From Amoebidium appalachense (lineage: Eukaryota; Protista; Ichthyosporea): DNA of 64,000 nt. This document shows positions 1 through 12,356 of the stretch, piece by piece. Within the stretch, counting starts at the first letter, position 1. Each line of letters begins with the position of its first letter. The notes beneath the pieces are model-generated. The model was not told the origin of the DNA, did not search any database, and worked only from the letters and a program-made list of their open reading frames with translations. Where the stretch lies: contig CAVNZM010000006.1 in NCBI GenBank assembly GCA_963693365.1, positions 4,567,264-4,631,263 of the forward strand. The letters run 5' to 3'. The position numbers and the translations under genes were made by a program.

Positions 1-1473
1 CCATAGCTAGCAAGCAGTTACCGGGCCGCTGCAGGGGACACCTGCGACGCGACGCTCACCGGCAGTGGAGTACCGGTGTATCGAGTGCGCGGACCACATG
101 TACGTTCATTGACGAACACAACAAACATTTCACACCCTGGATGCCTCACCGTTCCAAGGACTGTGTTCAACCTGTTGCCAATCAACATTACGCTCACTTT
201 GAAATCGCTGAAGTGGTTGGCCAATGATAACGAAGAAGGACATATATATCCGTAAAGTGTGCATGATACTATATCACTTGATTTATAAACTACCACCCAA
301 AATCTTACAAAAATTGGTTAAAATTGTTGGAGGCCTTACATTGGATTCATTGCTTATACGTTCATTCTTATATTTGCCACTGTGCCCAGAAGCTCGCGAA
401 GATCCACTACAATATGTGTGCATTTGCGTCCTGGGCACAGTGGGCTGCAGCTCAGCCTGAATATCGGCAAGCTGGCAAGGGAAGAAATAATGGCTTGGCA
501 ATGGTTTTACTTACATTCACTGCACTGCACAGTCTGCAACTCTGAGCCGGGTCGACACCGTGAATATTGCCGCCCTGGAATCGGCTCCCTAAACTACGTC
601 GTCTAAATGTTGAATATGAATAGTTTCAAGTCTATGGCTGATAGATATCTTTTTACTCTACGTGTTGAGTCCCTTCCGGTGTTAGGACCGCACAAACACC
701 AACTACTAGTAGCCTATATGGCGGATACGGTTAGAGAGTCTCGTTCATACATAGATTCGTTTATTCGTAATGTGGTGTGGTGTAAAAACGCAAAGATGAT
801 TATGGCTTGGCGGTGTAATCGGTTTCTGGTGTCTCCTGCTCGTATGTGTAATATGTGTGGGGGGCGGTTTACTCGCGGCTGCATATCTATCAATAAATGC
901 AACCTGTTAGCTAATGTATTAGAACCGGAGGTTATTGGCGGTTTTATTCTCTTTTCTTCATCTCTTCCTCAATATATCCGTTTTAAGATGACTATCCTAG
1001 ATCACCTTATTAATGCTGCACAGTATGATATTGTGATCCGGTGCCTTAACTTTCTGTCGGAGCTACCGATGCTAGCATCTGCTTACCCATAATATGTAAT
1101 AGGGGTGTCAGATCCTACGATGGCGCTCATTGTTGCCTAGCATGTACATATGTCACTGGCTGCATTTGATTGGCTGTGCCGGAAAACGCAGTAGGCCGTC
1201 GAATGTGGCTGGGCCTCCGGCAATGTCCACGCAATAAAAAGTGTGTAAACCCCTCTAAATGTTCTTGACCAAATGATGTCAAGTTGAAGTTAACTTGAAC
1301 TTGGTAAGGGTTATAAGTTTGATTCTTTTTGAAAGGCCAAAGCTCCCCCCGTTTTTTTCAAAGGAAAAAAGACAATTAGCAAAGACATATATATCAAAGA
1401 TCAATTAATTAATCCCTGAAAACTTTAGCCATCTTGCATATACTTCAACCTTTTTTTCAATCATTAATAACAG

Positions 1474-2429
1474 CACTGGAGGGCGCGTATGCAGATCACT
1501 CAGTTTGGGGGAGGTCTGGTTCGGCGATATTCACATCGATTTTACAATATTCCGATTGGATATACCGAGAAAATGGAATCTGGACCCACACTGCCATGGG
1601 AAACGCATGTCGACATTATGCATGATGGCGTTTCAATTGTGTGCCTACATAAAATCAAAGAATAAAAATATAGCAGATAAAAATACTTAAATACAACTTA
1701 TCAAATAAAATATACAAATAAAAAGAAGAGTTATAGACTTTAGTAGTGGACACAAAAAAACTGTACAGTACTGCGTCAACCTGCCATGGGAAAGGCCATC
1801 AGCCTGTGAGTCGCTCCCTGAGCGGCCTGGCCCGCCGGGCGGCCGGTTTTTACGATCAACATCGCGCGCGACATTTTATCTGGGAAACCAGATCTGAATC
1901 GCTAACATGGTTCCGATATCAGATAGAACCATTGCCGTTTTAGAAATGGATGTCGCATCAACAACTTTAGTGTGTCGTGCGAGCACAATTACTTAGTAAT
2001 TTGGACAATCTGTGTCGGACCTGTCAGTACAAAGTGTCGCATCGACACGATTTCTATTTCGGTAAGCAATTGTACCGATGATGTACGTCGTCAGTTCCCC
2101 AAAATCCTATAAATCCATCGGATTGACCCTGAGGTACTCTGAGCTTTATAGCGACACCTATATCATAAAATGTGAATATAAACGGCACAAACAGAAAACA
2201 ACCTTATATTGTGCACAAATCTTATTCTGCTTACGTATTCTACAGTTGTATACGCTGGTTCCGAACACCGCCGGCCCCTCGCCGGCACCTACACAGCCTC
2301 ACAAGTTGCGCCGTAATGCGCACCCCCAAAATCCTTGATATCTCACTTTTGATGATTGAAGGTATATCACGGTAAAAAATATGTCATTTCAGACCCTCAG
2401 ACAGTGTTCTGCATACGCGCCCTCCACTG
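1474..2429. mobile_element. Non-autonomous DNA transposon/MITE-like element with ~27-bp terminal inverted repeats
   Basis: Left CACTGGAGGGCGCGTATGCAGATCACT (1474) vs reverse complement of right end CAGTGGAGGGCGCGTATGCAGAACACT (ends 2429). CAG...CTG-type ends resemble hAT. No TSD and no transposase ORF seen. Confidence 0.65.
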
Positions 2430-3221
2430 GTGGTGTTGGGGGAAGAAGGGACGTGCAGAGCACGCCGAACGTCCGGTGATCTCTCAAAACAAACAAGATT
2501 GAATGATTGGTAGATGAATATTTCATTATTTCATGCGTCATCATGACTTTCCTATTGGGTCATGTTGTAGAAAAGATGCCTATGCCTAAAGAAAGCTTTA
2601 CAGTACTACTATTACTCAGCAAACAATATAACACTATTAAATATAAACTGATGCTATTATTTTTAAATGCAATTTACTAAATGGCAGCTCGCATTTGATT
2701 CGGAAATTGCGCCGCAAAACTACCGCTGTGAAACGGTTCAATTTTACTGCGCCAGGCGCTATATCACGACCTTCTATGACCGCAAGCCATTAACTCCTCA
2801 AGAATTTATCGTCTGATTGGCTTCATTTAGCTATAGATACACAGAATGCAGTATCGGCCTAAAAATAGTCGGAACGTTTTCTCTCACGCGGCGCTCAGTT
2901 TGAATTCGACTGCGTTCTGTTTCTATTCATCGAAAATTCTGTCGCGGCTTGGTCACACTATTTTAACCGTGTTCGCCACTCCGCAGACTGCGCTGCGGCG
3001 AGTTTCTGTGACTATTCAAATGGAACAAAAGTCAAGTGAAAACGTGGGCAAACGCAAAAACTATAGCGAGTTACGAGTTACATAAAACAGTGTACACGTT
3101 CTTAGCATTTATACACCACTATTCCCTCCTCAAATAATTCCTTGCCGTTTTAACACATCTCCGGCCACTCATCAGGGCCCAAACAACACCTGAACGGAGC
3201 TCCCACCAAATACACGCCAAC

Positions 3222-3443
3222 ATGCCTATGCTCTACCTTGATGCCACCCGGTGGCCCGCACCTGTTCCTTCTGTCGACATGACCGACTCTTCAGCAGACC
3301 AATGGGGTGGTTGGGCCGATTCCTACGACTTCGAAAGCGTGAATAACGTCTCCCCGGAACTCAGAACAAGAACGGCACCCAACCCCTTGTGGTCAAAGTA
3401 TGAAGACGTCGCATCTAAACCACATGCAACGGTGGCTTTCTAA
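3222..3443 (+). CDS. Candidate small intronless protein (73 aa), unknown function
   Basis: Non-repetitive ORF. Start context CGCCAAC-ATG is identical to that of the gene at 14023. No homology recognised. Confidence 0.35.
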   Translation: MPMLYLDATRWPAPVPSVDMTDSSADQWGGWADSYDFESVNNVSPELRTRTAPNPLWSKYEDVASKPHATVAF

Positions 3444-4462
3444 GCACTTGTTAAACCGTTTTTAACACTGCCATGCTACAGTTGTGAGGTGCCCGCTACC
3501 TTGCAACGGTTACCAGTTTTTGGCTTTTTAAAAAGGAGTTTTAAGTTGCAAGCACGGTTGCAAGGCCCATTTCGCGAAAAGCTGAGCGGTCGCAGAATTT
3601 GCGAATATGAACGTCCAGGTGTGCGGGCGGTGCACGTGGCTGGATATATAAGGGGCGACGTAATAGTTACCCTGTTAACTCAAGCGTTTTGCCCGCCATG
3701 ATGTAAGTAGTTTAGCAGTCTGCAAGACTGGGCAAATAGGTCCCAAAAGGTTCAATTTTTAACACGAAAAAGGATATAACGTAAGCTCTCTTACGGCTGG
3801 ACCGTATTTAAAGCATATATTGAGTAGAGAACGTGTTTTCTTTGGCGAACCACAGGTAGAGAACGTGTGTTTTTTGCGAACCACCTGGTACAAATTCGTG
3901 AATGATGTGAATATATAAACCCTGTGGTATCAACGTTTCATAATACGTGTATTTGTGCGCTGGTAACTCGGAAGTGTGTGTGTAAAGCAGCTACTTAGCA
4001 GTGGACATAATGCAGATACAAAGATCGACTCATAGGAATAGCTCGATTTTGGGAAGGATGGAGTAAGGACCCCAGTGGCCATGAGGCGAGAAACTTACAG
4101 TAGAAGGAACAGCTAATCGAACCCATGTGTGTCTTGTTCACCGTATCAATAAGTTCGTGAAAACATTGTGAAGCCTTTATATGAGTGGGTGAAGAGTACA
4201 TATCCTGCGAGAGGATCCCTATGTTGTTGACTGCCACATCTATAGCGCCATCATTATGGGTTTACAGCCAAACAAAGGAGGTGTCAGCACTTGTGAGCAT
4301 GTGAGCCTACTAAGTAGCCTATTGCTCTGGTGCATGCTGAGACGTGACCGACCCGGGAACGCAGAAGAGGTGGTAAACGGCGGGCAAGGAGTGGGGTTGG
4401 GGGATGTTGTCACAAGCTTTTCAAGATGTGTGTGCGCGTGCGTGTGCGTGTGTGTTTACGGT

Positions 4463-4595
<133 letters not shown>

Positions 4596-4666
4596 ATGTG
4601 TGCGTGTTTTTCTTTCTTTTCTTTTCTTTTCTTTTTTGTGTATGTGTGTGTGTGGTGTGTGTGTGT

Positions 4667-4714
<48 letters not shown>

Positions 4715-5079
4715 CACGTTGTGTGTATGCGCACACACCACGGTTCACGCATGCATGTTTGCAATGTATACGTGTGCATGTGTGTGGGTGTGTGGGTGTG
4801 TGGGTGGATGGTTGGGTGTGCATGTGTGTGTGCGCGCACCTTTGTGTGTCAGGACGCTGTGTGCGTGTAGCCGTGGTTGCTGTGTGCGTGTAGCCGCGGT
4901 TTTTTAGTTTTGTTGACTCCGGTTGAGGAGACTCTGGAGAACGAGAGGTCTTCGAACAGCCTGATTTGAATACACTGTATTGCCCTCTTCGTGCATTCTC
5001 CTTAGAAGTTTTTCACTTGTTTAACAGTTACTCCCACACACGTGAGGCTATGCACTTATGCACTCCACCGTAACTCCAG

Positions 5080-5146
<67 letters not shown>

Positions 5147-5652
5147 GGCACAGGCCAGGAACAAAAAAAACACGTATGCCAATCCTTAGAGTCTGTTGGG
5201 CGGCCACAGTGACGTGGAGTCTTAAAATCGTTCTCGAATCACACCAAGGAATAGAAGGCCTTGATCTACACCCACTATTGCCCTTCAATGGTCATCTACC
5301 ATCCGTTTTCTCATGCAGACCCGTGCACACCCATGGCAGTGCACAGGAACATTTGATTCATATCCATGGCCTCCTCCGAGGAGTCCCTCCAAGACATGCT
5401 TATTAGGACAGCGCAGGAAGCCTAAATATTCTCGAGCGTCAACAAAAAGACGAGCTGGTGTTGTGCCAGGCTCCAGGATTTGCATTTTAAACCAGGTTTC
5501 AGTTTTTTTTTTTTTTTTGTTTTTTGTTGTTTTTTTTTGGCCCTTCGAACCGCTTTCGCCTGCGACTGCTTGAAGTGTGGTTGAACAGATCGCCTTGTTT
5601 TATCAATTCCATATATGGCTTCAGCATTCCTCAATTTCTTTCCGGCGCGGCT

Positions 5653-6117
5653 CACTGTGTGGCGGAGACTTCATGACTTGACTTGACTTATGTTTATAAC
5701 TGACAGCGGGTTCTTGTGACTTGACTTGACTTGGGTCGCGACTTGAGGCCATATGACTCAAGTCGCCAATTAAGGTGACTTGTTACTATTTTTAGTGCAC
5801 ATTTTGACCGATTCATCGATCGCTGGTGGGCGGGGGGGGAGACAGGGGGGGAGGGGGGAGGGTAAAGGACTTTTGGGGGAGGGGGGGCCGGGAGGGGGGG
5901 GGCTGCGGAAGGCTTCCCAGTCTTCTCCCCCCCCCCCCCCCCCCCCCCCTTCCCCCCTCCCGCCCCCCCTCACGCCAGGGGTGGGCCGGGGCCGTACCCC
6001 CACCCCCCCAAGTCACCCCTCAGTCACGCCACGCCTCATGAACTGACTTGACTTGACTCAGGTCAGGAGCTTTCGTGACTTCACGTCGCGACTCGGAGTC
6101 AAGTCGCCACACCCCTG
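5653..6117. mobile_element. Degenerate hAT-like non-autonomous element with subterminal GACTT repeats
   Basis: Clusters of GACTTGACTTGACT and AGTCGCCA/GTCGCGACT motifs at both ends. Left CACTGTGTGGCG vs reverse complement of right end CAGGGGTGTGGCG (imperfect TIR). Confidence 0.45.
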
Positions 6118-6907
6118 CGAGCCCTTTTATTTTTTGTCCACGCATATAACTTTTTTTCTTGTCCCAAACCCCGGCAGACTCTCCGGAAGATCTTGTGTTT
6201 GAAGGTGTGTGTGTGCCTCGGACTTTTGTAAAACTTCACTTATTTCCCATAGTTTGATTCTAGAGCTCCCCCCTCCCCCCTCCTCGCCCCCCGCCCCCCG
6301 CCCCCCGCCCCCCGCCCCCTTTCCTCCCAGCCTTCCCTCCTCCTCTTGTGCCCTGGAATGGCCAAACAAAGATGCAAGCGATCCTCCATGAATATGGCTT
6401 TGTTGCTTAAAAACATCGTAAGCTACTCGGTTGTCATCCGCATTCGTTCTGGGACCTTGCTGTATACACCACTATGAAGGATCCTTAGGGACTATCAGCT
6501 TTGTAGCATTTCTGCGTTGCTCAGGATCCTTTCCTCAAGCCGTTTCTCCGGTTTGCTTCCTCAGAGTTTTTCAGAGTCAACCTACACATACGGGTTTCAA
6601 GTGCCGGAGTGATAAGATTTTGAGTTTCCAACACAAAGAGACTTCTCTCTTTTCCTGTTTGCTTGCTGACCACCTCCTGGCAGTTCTTGTCTATGGCTTT
6701 GCTACAACAAACATCATAACATGGCATTTTGAAACACGTCCATAACTGCCCGAATGCCCCCTCCATCCCCATCTAATCAACCCCACCCTTACCCTCATTC
6801 CCTTCCCCTAATAGTGCACAACACCTAGCTACGCACAACCCCCCTCCAGCATACCACCTCCCACCTCACTAACCTCCCACATCCCAGCTACCTACCACCT
6901 TCCAAAC

Positions 6908-8867
6908 ATGGCAAGCACGGCGACGTTCGTGACTTTCGAGCAAGCCTGCTCGACAGTTGCCAACTCCAATTGCTATGAGGACACTGAATTCCCAGCGGAC
7001 ATCAATACCATCGGGAAATTAGCGTCTGGAGACAATGTCGTTGCTGGTCCCGGGGGGGAGATCGTCTGGAAGAGGGCGACTGAATTCCTGCCCAACCACA
7101 AGCTGTTTGATGATGTCAGCCCCAACGACATCATCCAAGGAACATTGGGCGATTGCTACCTGTTGTCTGCCCTCAGTGTGCTTGCTGAGAAACCCGAGCG
7201 TATTCGCAAGTTGTTTGTGAATTCGTCGGATGGGGCCCAGGAGAAAGGGGTGTACGGAGTGCGGCTGCTGACCGATGGCATCCCACGTGAAGTGGTATGT
7301 GGTGTGTGTGTGTGCATGATTGTAGATGTGTGTGTGTGTGTGTGTGTGTGTTTGTGTGTGTGTGTACGTGTGCGTGTGTGTGATTGCTATCAAGCCGGTC
7401 AAAGCAAATGGGTACCGAACTTTGATACGGTAAAGATGAAGCCGTTTGAAAGACAGGGGCAGTTCTGGTGATGGGTCTTGCTGGTCTCGTATGAGCTGCA
7501 AAGTATTGTTAACGTCACGGGGTGTTTGTGGATAGTGCAACAGGGCGGGGGAGAAGGCAAGGGGATGGGTTGTTTTTTGAATTATTTTATTTTTATTTAT
7601 TCATATATATTTTTTTGGGGGGGGGGGAGGCGTGGGGAGGGGGGGGGGGGGGCATAAGGAGAGGGTTACTAACAAGCTCTAGCCTTTTCTGTTTTACGGG
7701 TCTGTTTGTGAATGCCTTTCTTTTTGTTTCGAGTACCTCTGTAAGAGGTTGTCAAGTGTGTGTTTGGTTGTTTGTGTATGTGATGGTGGTGTGTGTATTT
7801 GTCGGAACATGGGGGAAAAGGAGGGGGGGGCACGGTTTCCGTTTCCTTTCTCTTTTTTTTTGTTTATAGTTGGGTGTTTTATTTGTGTATTTGACGGAAT
7901 CTGGGGGGGGGGGGGGGGGGGAGCATGATTTCCATTCTTCTTTTTCTTTTTTATCCATACTTTTAAATTTTATTTGCAGGTTTTGGATGACAAGTTCCCG
8001 GTGTTCAGCAACGCCAACCAGCCATGCTTTGCCAAGCACCAGGGGGCCGAGCTGTGGGTGATGCTGCTGGAAAAGGCCTATGCTAAGTGCTACGGCACAT
8101 ACGAGGCTATCAGTGGCGGTGACCCAGGTATGCGTGATTTTAATTTTTTTTTAAATTTTAATACCCTAATGCAATCTTTCGTGGCAAAGTTGCAGTCCCC
8201 CTCCCCGCTCAGGCCCCGCTTTTCGATTTGATATATTGTTCTAGATGAGAGTAAGGGAAACGTGTGAGTCTATGTTGTTGGTGGTGGGGCAGCGCGAGGG
8301 GGGGGGGGGGGGGGTTGTACAGGTTGATAACATGAGCAAAACAATGGGGCATGCAGGATCGTATTAACACAACTGAAGAGAGCGAATCGTGTTGAAAGAG
8401 AACAAAGCTTCACCTTTCCTTTCGCACTCCAAGGGCCAAAGTGGCTTGGGTAGGCCGGGAGAACAATATGCATCAACAGAGGAAGTTGGAGCCCTAACAC
8501 TAACTTTTGATTGGTTGCATATCAGGTGACGCCCTGTCAGACCTTACCGGCCTTCCGCACGTGCGTTTCGACCTTCCGGGGACTGAGCCCAACCTGTTCG
8601 AGAAGCTTCGAGAATACGACGAGAAGGACTTTGTGATGTGTGCAAATGCACCCGAGGACCCCAACAGGGACCTGCAGAGGGAGGTTGGAATCGTGGAGGG
8701 GCATGCCTATGGCTTGCTGGCTGTGAAGCAGGTGTGTGTGTGGGGGGGGGGGGGGGGGGGGAGGGGAAGGGAAGGGATGGGTGTGTGAGGGGGGAGGGGG
8801 GGTATGAGAGTGTCCGTGTTAGTGGGTGTGAGTATGGGCCTAGACGTTCATTGGGGTGTCTTGAGCC

Positions 8868-8899
<32 letters not shown>

Positions 8900-9640
8900 T
8901 TCCCATTTGACTTCTGTTTTCCCTTCCGCCTTTGTGCACCCCCTTCGGTTTGTCCTTAATACCGGAACGGTGTCTTGGCTTTTTTTCACTAACGCCCCCC
9001 ACTCCCCCACTCCCCCCCCATACACACACACACCCAACCCCCATTCACCGCGCGCACTCCACCCTACCCAACACTTCGACACACAAAAACATCCACCGAA
9101 CCTCGTCCATCCCACCGGAACACAACACACACACACACGCACACACTAACACGTGCACGTACACACACGTACACACATGCAGCTCAGCACTGGGGACAAG
9201 GTGGTGAAACTGCGCAACCCATGGGGCAAAGTCGAGTGGACGGGTGCCTGGAGTGACGCCAGCGACAAGTGGACGGATTCACTCAGGGCTGAGGCTGGGT
9301 CGATTCAAGCGGACGACGGAGAGTTTTTCATGGCCTGGGAGGATTTCTGCCATTACTTTAACAGCGTGGTAGTTTTATTCTACCACGATGATTGGTCGAC
9401 GACGTATTGCCAGGTGAGTGGATGTGTTTGTCTGTTAAGGATTATTAAGGTGGGCATTGCGTGACATGATATCAATATGACGTCATTCCTCATTGATTTG
9501 GTGGTGTTTTGTGGTTTATGTTTCGTTGTCTCCACTTCCATAGTTCCAACCCTCTAATGCATGTACCCCTCCCCCCCCCCCCCCTCCCCCCCCCCCCCCC
9601 TCCCCCCCCCCCACACACACGCACACACACTCTCCCCCCC

Positions 9641-9692
<52 letters not shown>

Positions 9693-10435
9693 TATCCCCC
9701 GGGTGTTGCTATGATGCATATTCCTTACGTGTGCTTTGCAAGATTTGCATTGTGCTGTCCGGTGTAGGCGCACATTTTGTGATCTGTGGCTTATTATTAC
9801 CCCCCACCCACCCACCCACTCACCCACCTTCCCCCTTCCTCCCTCTCCTCTCCTTCCTTCCTCCCTCTTGCCTTCTCTTCCGAATATTCCTTATCTCACC
9901 CCCTCATTCTCCCCTCTCCCCCCCTCCCCCCGCCGCCCCCCGCTCCCCACCCTTTCCCCAGCACAATTTGCAGTGTTGTGCATCATGAATGTGCACTCCA
10001 TCAACTGTAACACGTTTTTCCCTCCCCCCTCTCCACCCCCCCCCCCCCCCCCCTCCCCTCTGTCGACTTAGGTATCGACGGGGGAGCTTCCTAGAAGCCC
10101 CGTCTCCTGAGTTCCTATCTATATTTTTCTTGCTTCTGCTTACTGCTGCAACTTTAACCCCCGGCCTTTCCCACTGCCCTTGCCTGCATAAGCAACCCTG
10201 CTCGTCTCTGATCAAGACGGGTGACCTACTCATGTTCAAGTGAAACAGTATCTGAGTTGGGTTTCGTTAACGAGGGGAATAGGTCGAAACTCGGGTACTG
10301 TGGATGACGTGGGCCCCCCTGAGGATGGGCTCTGCTTATTATGCATACTCTTTATGTATGGCTTGCATTCTGCATCGTGTTATCCGTTTGTTCTTGTGTA
10401 CTTCGTACTTTTTGACGCATTCAAAACCCCCCTCC

Positions 10436-10522
<87 letters not shown>

Positions 10523-10784
10523 TTTCTCCCTTCCCTTTCTTTTCCTCCTACAGACCAAGTTTGAGGCGGGGCAGCCCGTGATTGCAGTTGACGTTGAGGT
10601 CAGCCAGGATGGGCCTGGCATGTTCATTTTGTTCCAGAGGAGGGACAATCCTGCACCCATCCATGTGCGCTTCTGTGTGCAGCGCAAGGACACAAAGGAG
10701 CCCGTGGGGGGAAGTCTGCAGGTAGGGGTGGTTGGTTTGTGTGTGTGTGCGTGTGTGTGGGTTTTGTGTCTGGGCTGGGGGTAG

Positions 10785-10842
<58 letters not shown>

Positions 10843-11629
10843 TGTCGTGTGTGTTGGGGTTGGGAGGGAAGGGTGGTGGTGGGGGGGGGAGGGAGGGGGG
10901 AGGGGGGAGTCTACATTTCATTGTCTGTTCTGGATTTATTTCTGCACTGTGTTGTCTGTTGTGGATTTGCACTTCGTGCCGTGTTGCACCGTATCCCTTT
11001 CCTCCTGCCCTCCTCCTCCCGCTGAGGAATGGCTGTTCATGATTCATGTCGTGTGTGCTTTTGTTTTTTTTTGGATGGCAAAATCTGTAATGAATGTGTC
11101 GTGTCATCCGTCGCACTCTGCAAAACGTCCTAACCCCCCCCCCCCCCCCCCCCCCCCGGTGCCCCTCCCTTTTCCCCTTCCCTCCTATCCTTTCCTTCCT
11201 TCCCCCCCCCCCCCCCCCCCCCCCCCCCGGGTCTTCCTCCTTTTCCCCTTCCCCTCCCCCCCCCCCCCCCCCCCTTTTTTTTTTGCACACACACGCACGC
11301 ACGCACGCACGCACGCACACACACAACACACACACACACACACCTACCCACACACCCACCCACCCCCACAACACACATGCAGGCATTCACTTCTGCCGGC
11401 ACAATCGGTAGCCCTGAGATCCCCCTGACAGCCGGCACGTACCGTGTGCGCATTGAGGCCTACGGGGAGGATGCGGGCAAGCTGCCGCACCCGTTTGTGC
11501 TTGGGGTCTATTCGGCCCACCCCACCACCATCAACCCTGCATCAGACCCGAACCTGACCGAGTTCACCTTGCCTAGCTTCCTGCAGCAGTTTGGCACGGT
11601 AGGGGTTGGATTGTTCTTCACACATACTT

Positions 11630-11669
<40 letters not shown>

Positions 11670-12100
11670 CCCCACTGTGTGGAGACCGCTTTACTTCCAT
11701 GCAACCGGCCATGGTTGCTCTGTGTCGTGCATCTGTAGGCACATACGCATTTTTCGCTGCACTGCTTTAGTTTGCACACACATCTTCACCGTTTTGCTCA
11801 CCTTGCTTGCATAAGCAACCCTGCTCGTCTTTGATCAAGACTGGTTGACCCTCCCAAGTTCAGTTGATGCTGCTGTCTGAGTTGGAGAGTCGTATTTACG
11901 CGGGCTAAGGGGTCGAAACTCAGACGCAATTGATGACTTGGGCCCTCCCTGAGGATGGGCTCTGCTTATGACGCATACTTTGCGCATGGCTGATGTTGCA
12001 TACTTGAATGTTTGCCTTTGCATGTGTCCTGCACCATGCTTCTCATCGTGTATGCGTACTTCGTACCGTGTTCCGCATTCAACCTCCCCCCCCCCCCCCC

Positions 12101-12131
<31 letters not shown>

Positions 12132-12294
12132 CTCTTCACCCCGTCAAAAGTCTTTCTCCCTTTCTGAGAGTCTCAGAGACAATATCCATCTCTCTTTCTC
12201 TCTCTCTCTTCCCCCCCCCCCCCCCCCCCCCCCTCTCAATCTCCCTTTTCCTCTCCCTCTCTCGCCCTCTATCCCTCCCCCTCTCCCTCCCCCT

Positions 12295-12356
<62 letters not shown>

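Noticed and set aside
607-1092. 161-aa ORF as a gene
   Set aside because: AT-rich, no recognisable motif and codon usage unlike confirmed genes; possibly decayed mobile DNA.
3995-4255. Short-chain dehydrogenase-like motif GAIDVAVNNIGI on the minus strand
   Set aside because: Isolated 12-aa resemblance, in-frame stop just upstream, no TGxxxGIG or YxxxK found.
5176-6772. Short ORFs as transposase remnants
   Set aside because: Multiple stops and no DDE or RT motif I can identify by eye.
10286-10325. Conventional type II hammerhead with minimal stem III (AC-UCGG-GUA)
   Set aside because: Not conserved in subfamily B and no local stem I forms; only the rearranged topology fits both subfamilies.
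9904-10581. Recurrent ORFs ([15 protein letters not shown]..., [11 protein letters not shown]...) as a repeat-encoded protein
   Set aside because: Frames are not preserved between subfamilies A and B and run into homopolymers; conservation follows base pairing, not codons.
11930-11955. Box C/D snoRNA reading of TGATGA...CTGA in the repeat
   Set aside because: Boxes are only ~12 nt apart, subfamily A has GGATGA, and no guide is evident; better explained as k-turn strand plus hammerhead CUGA.
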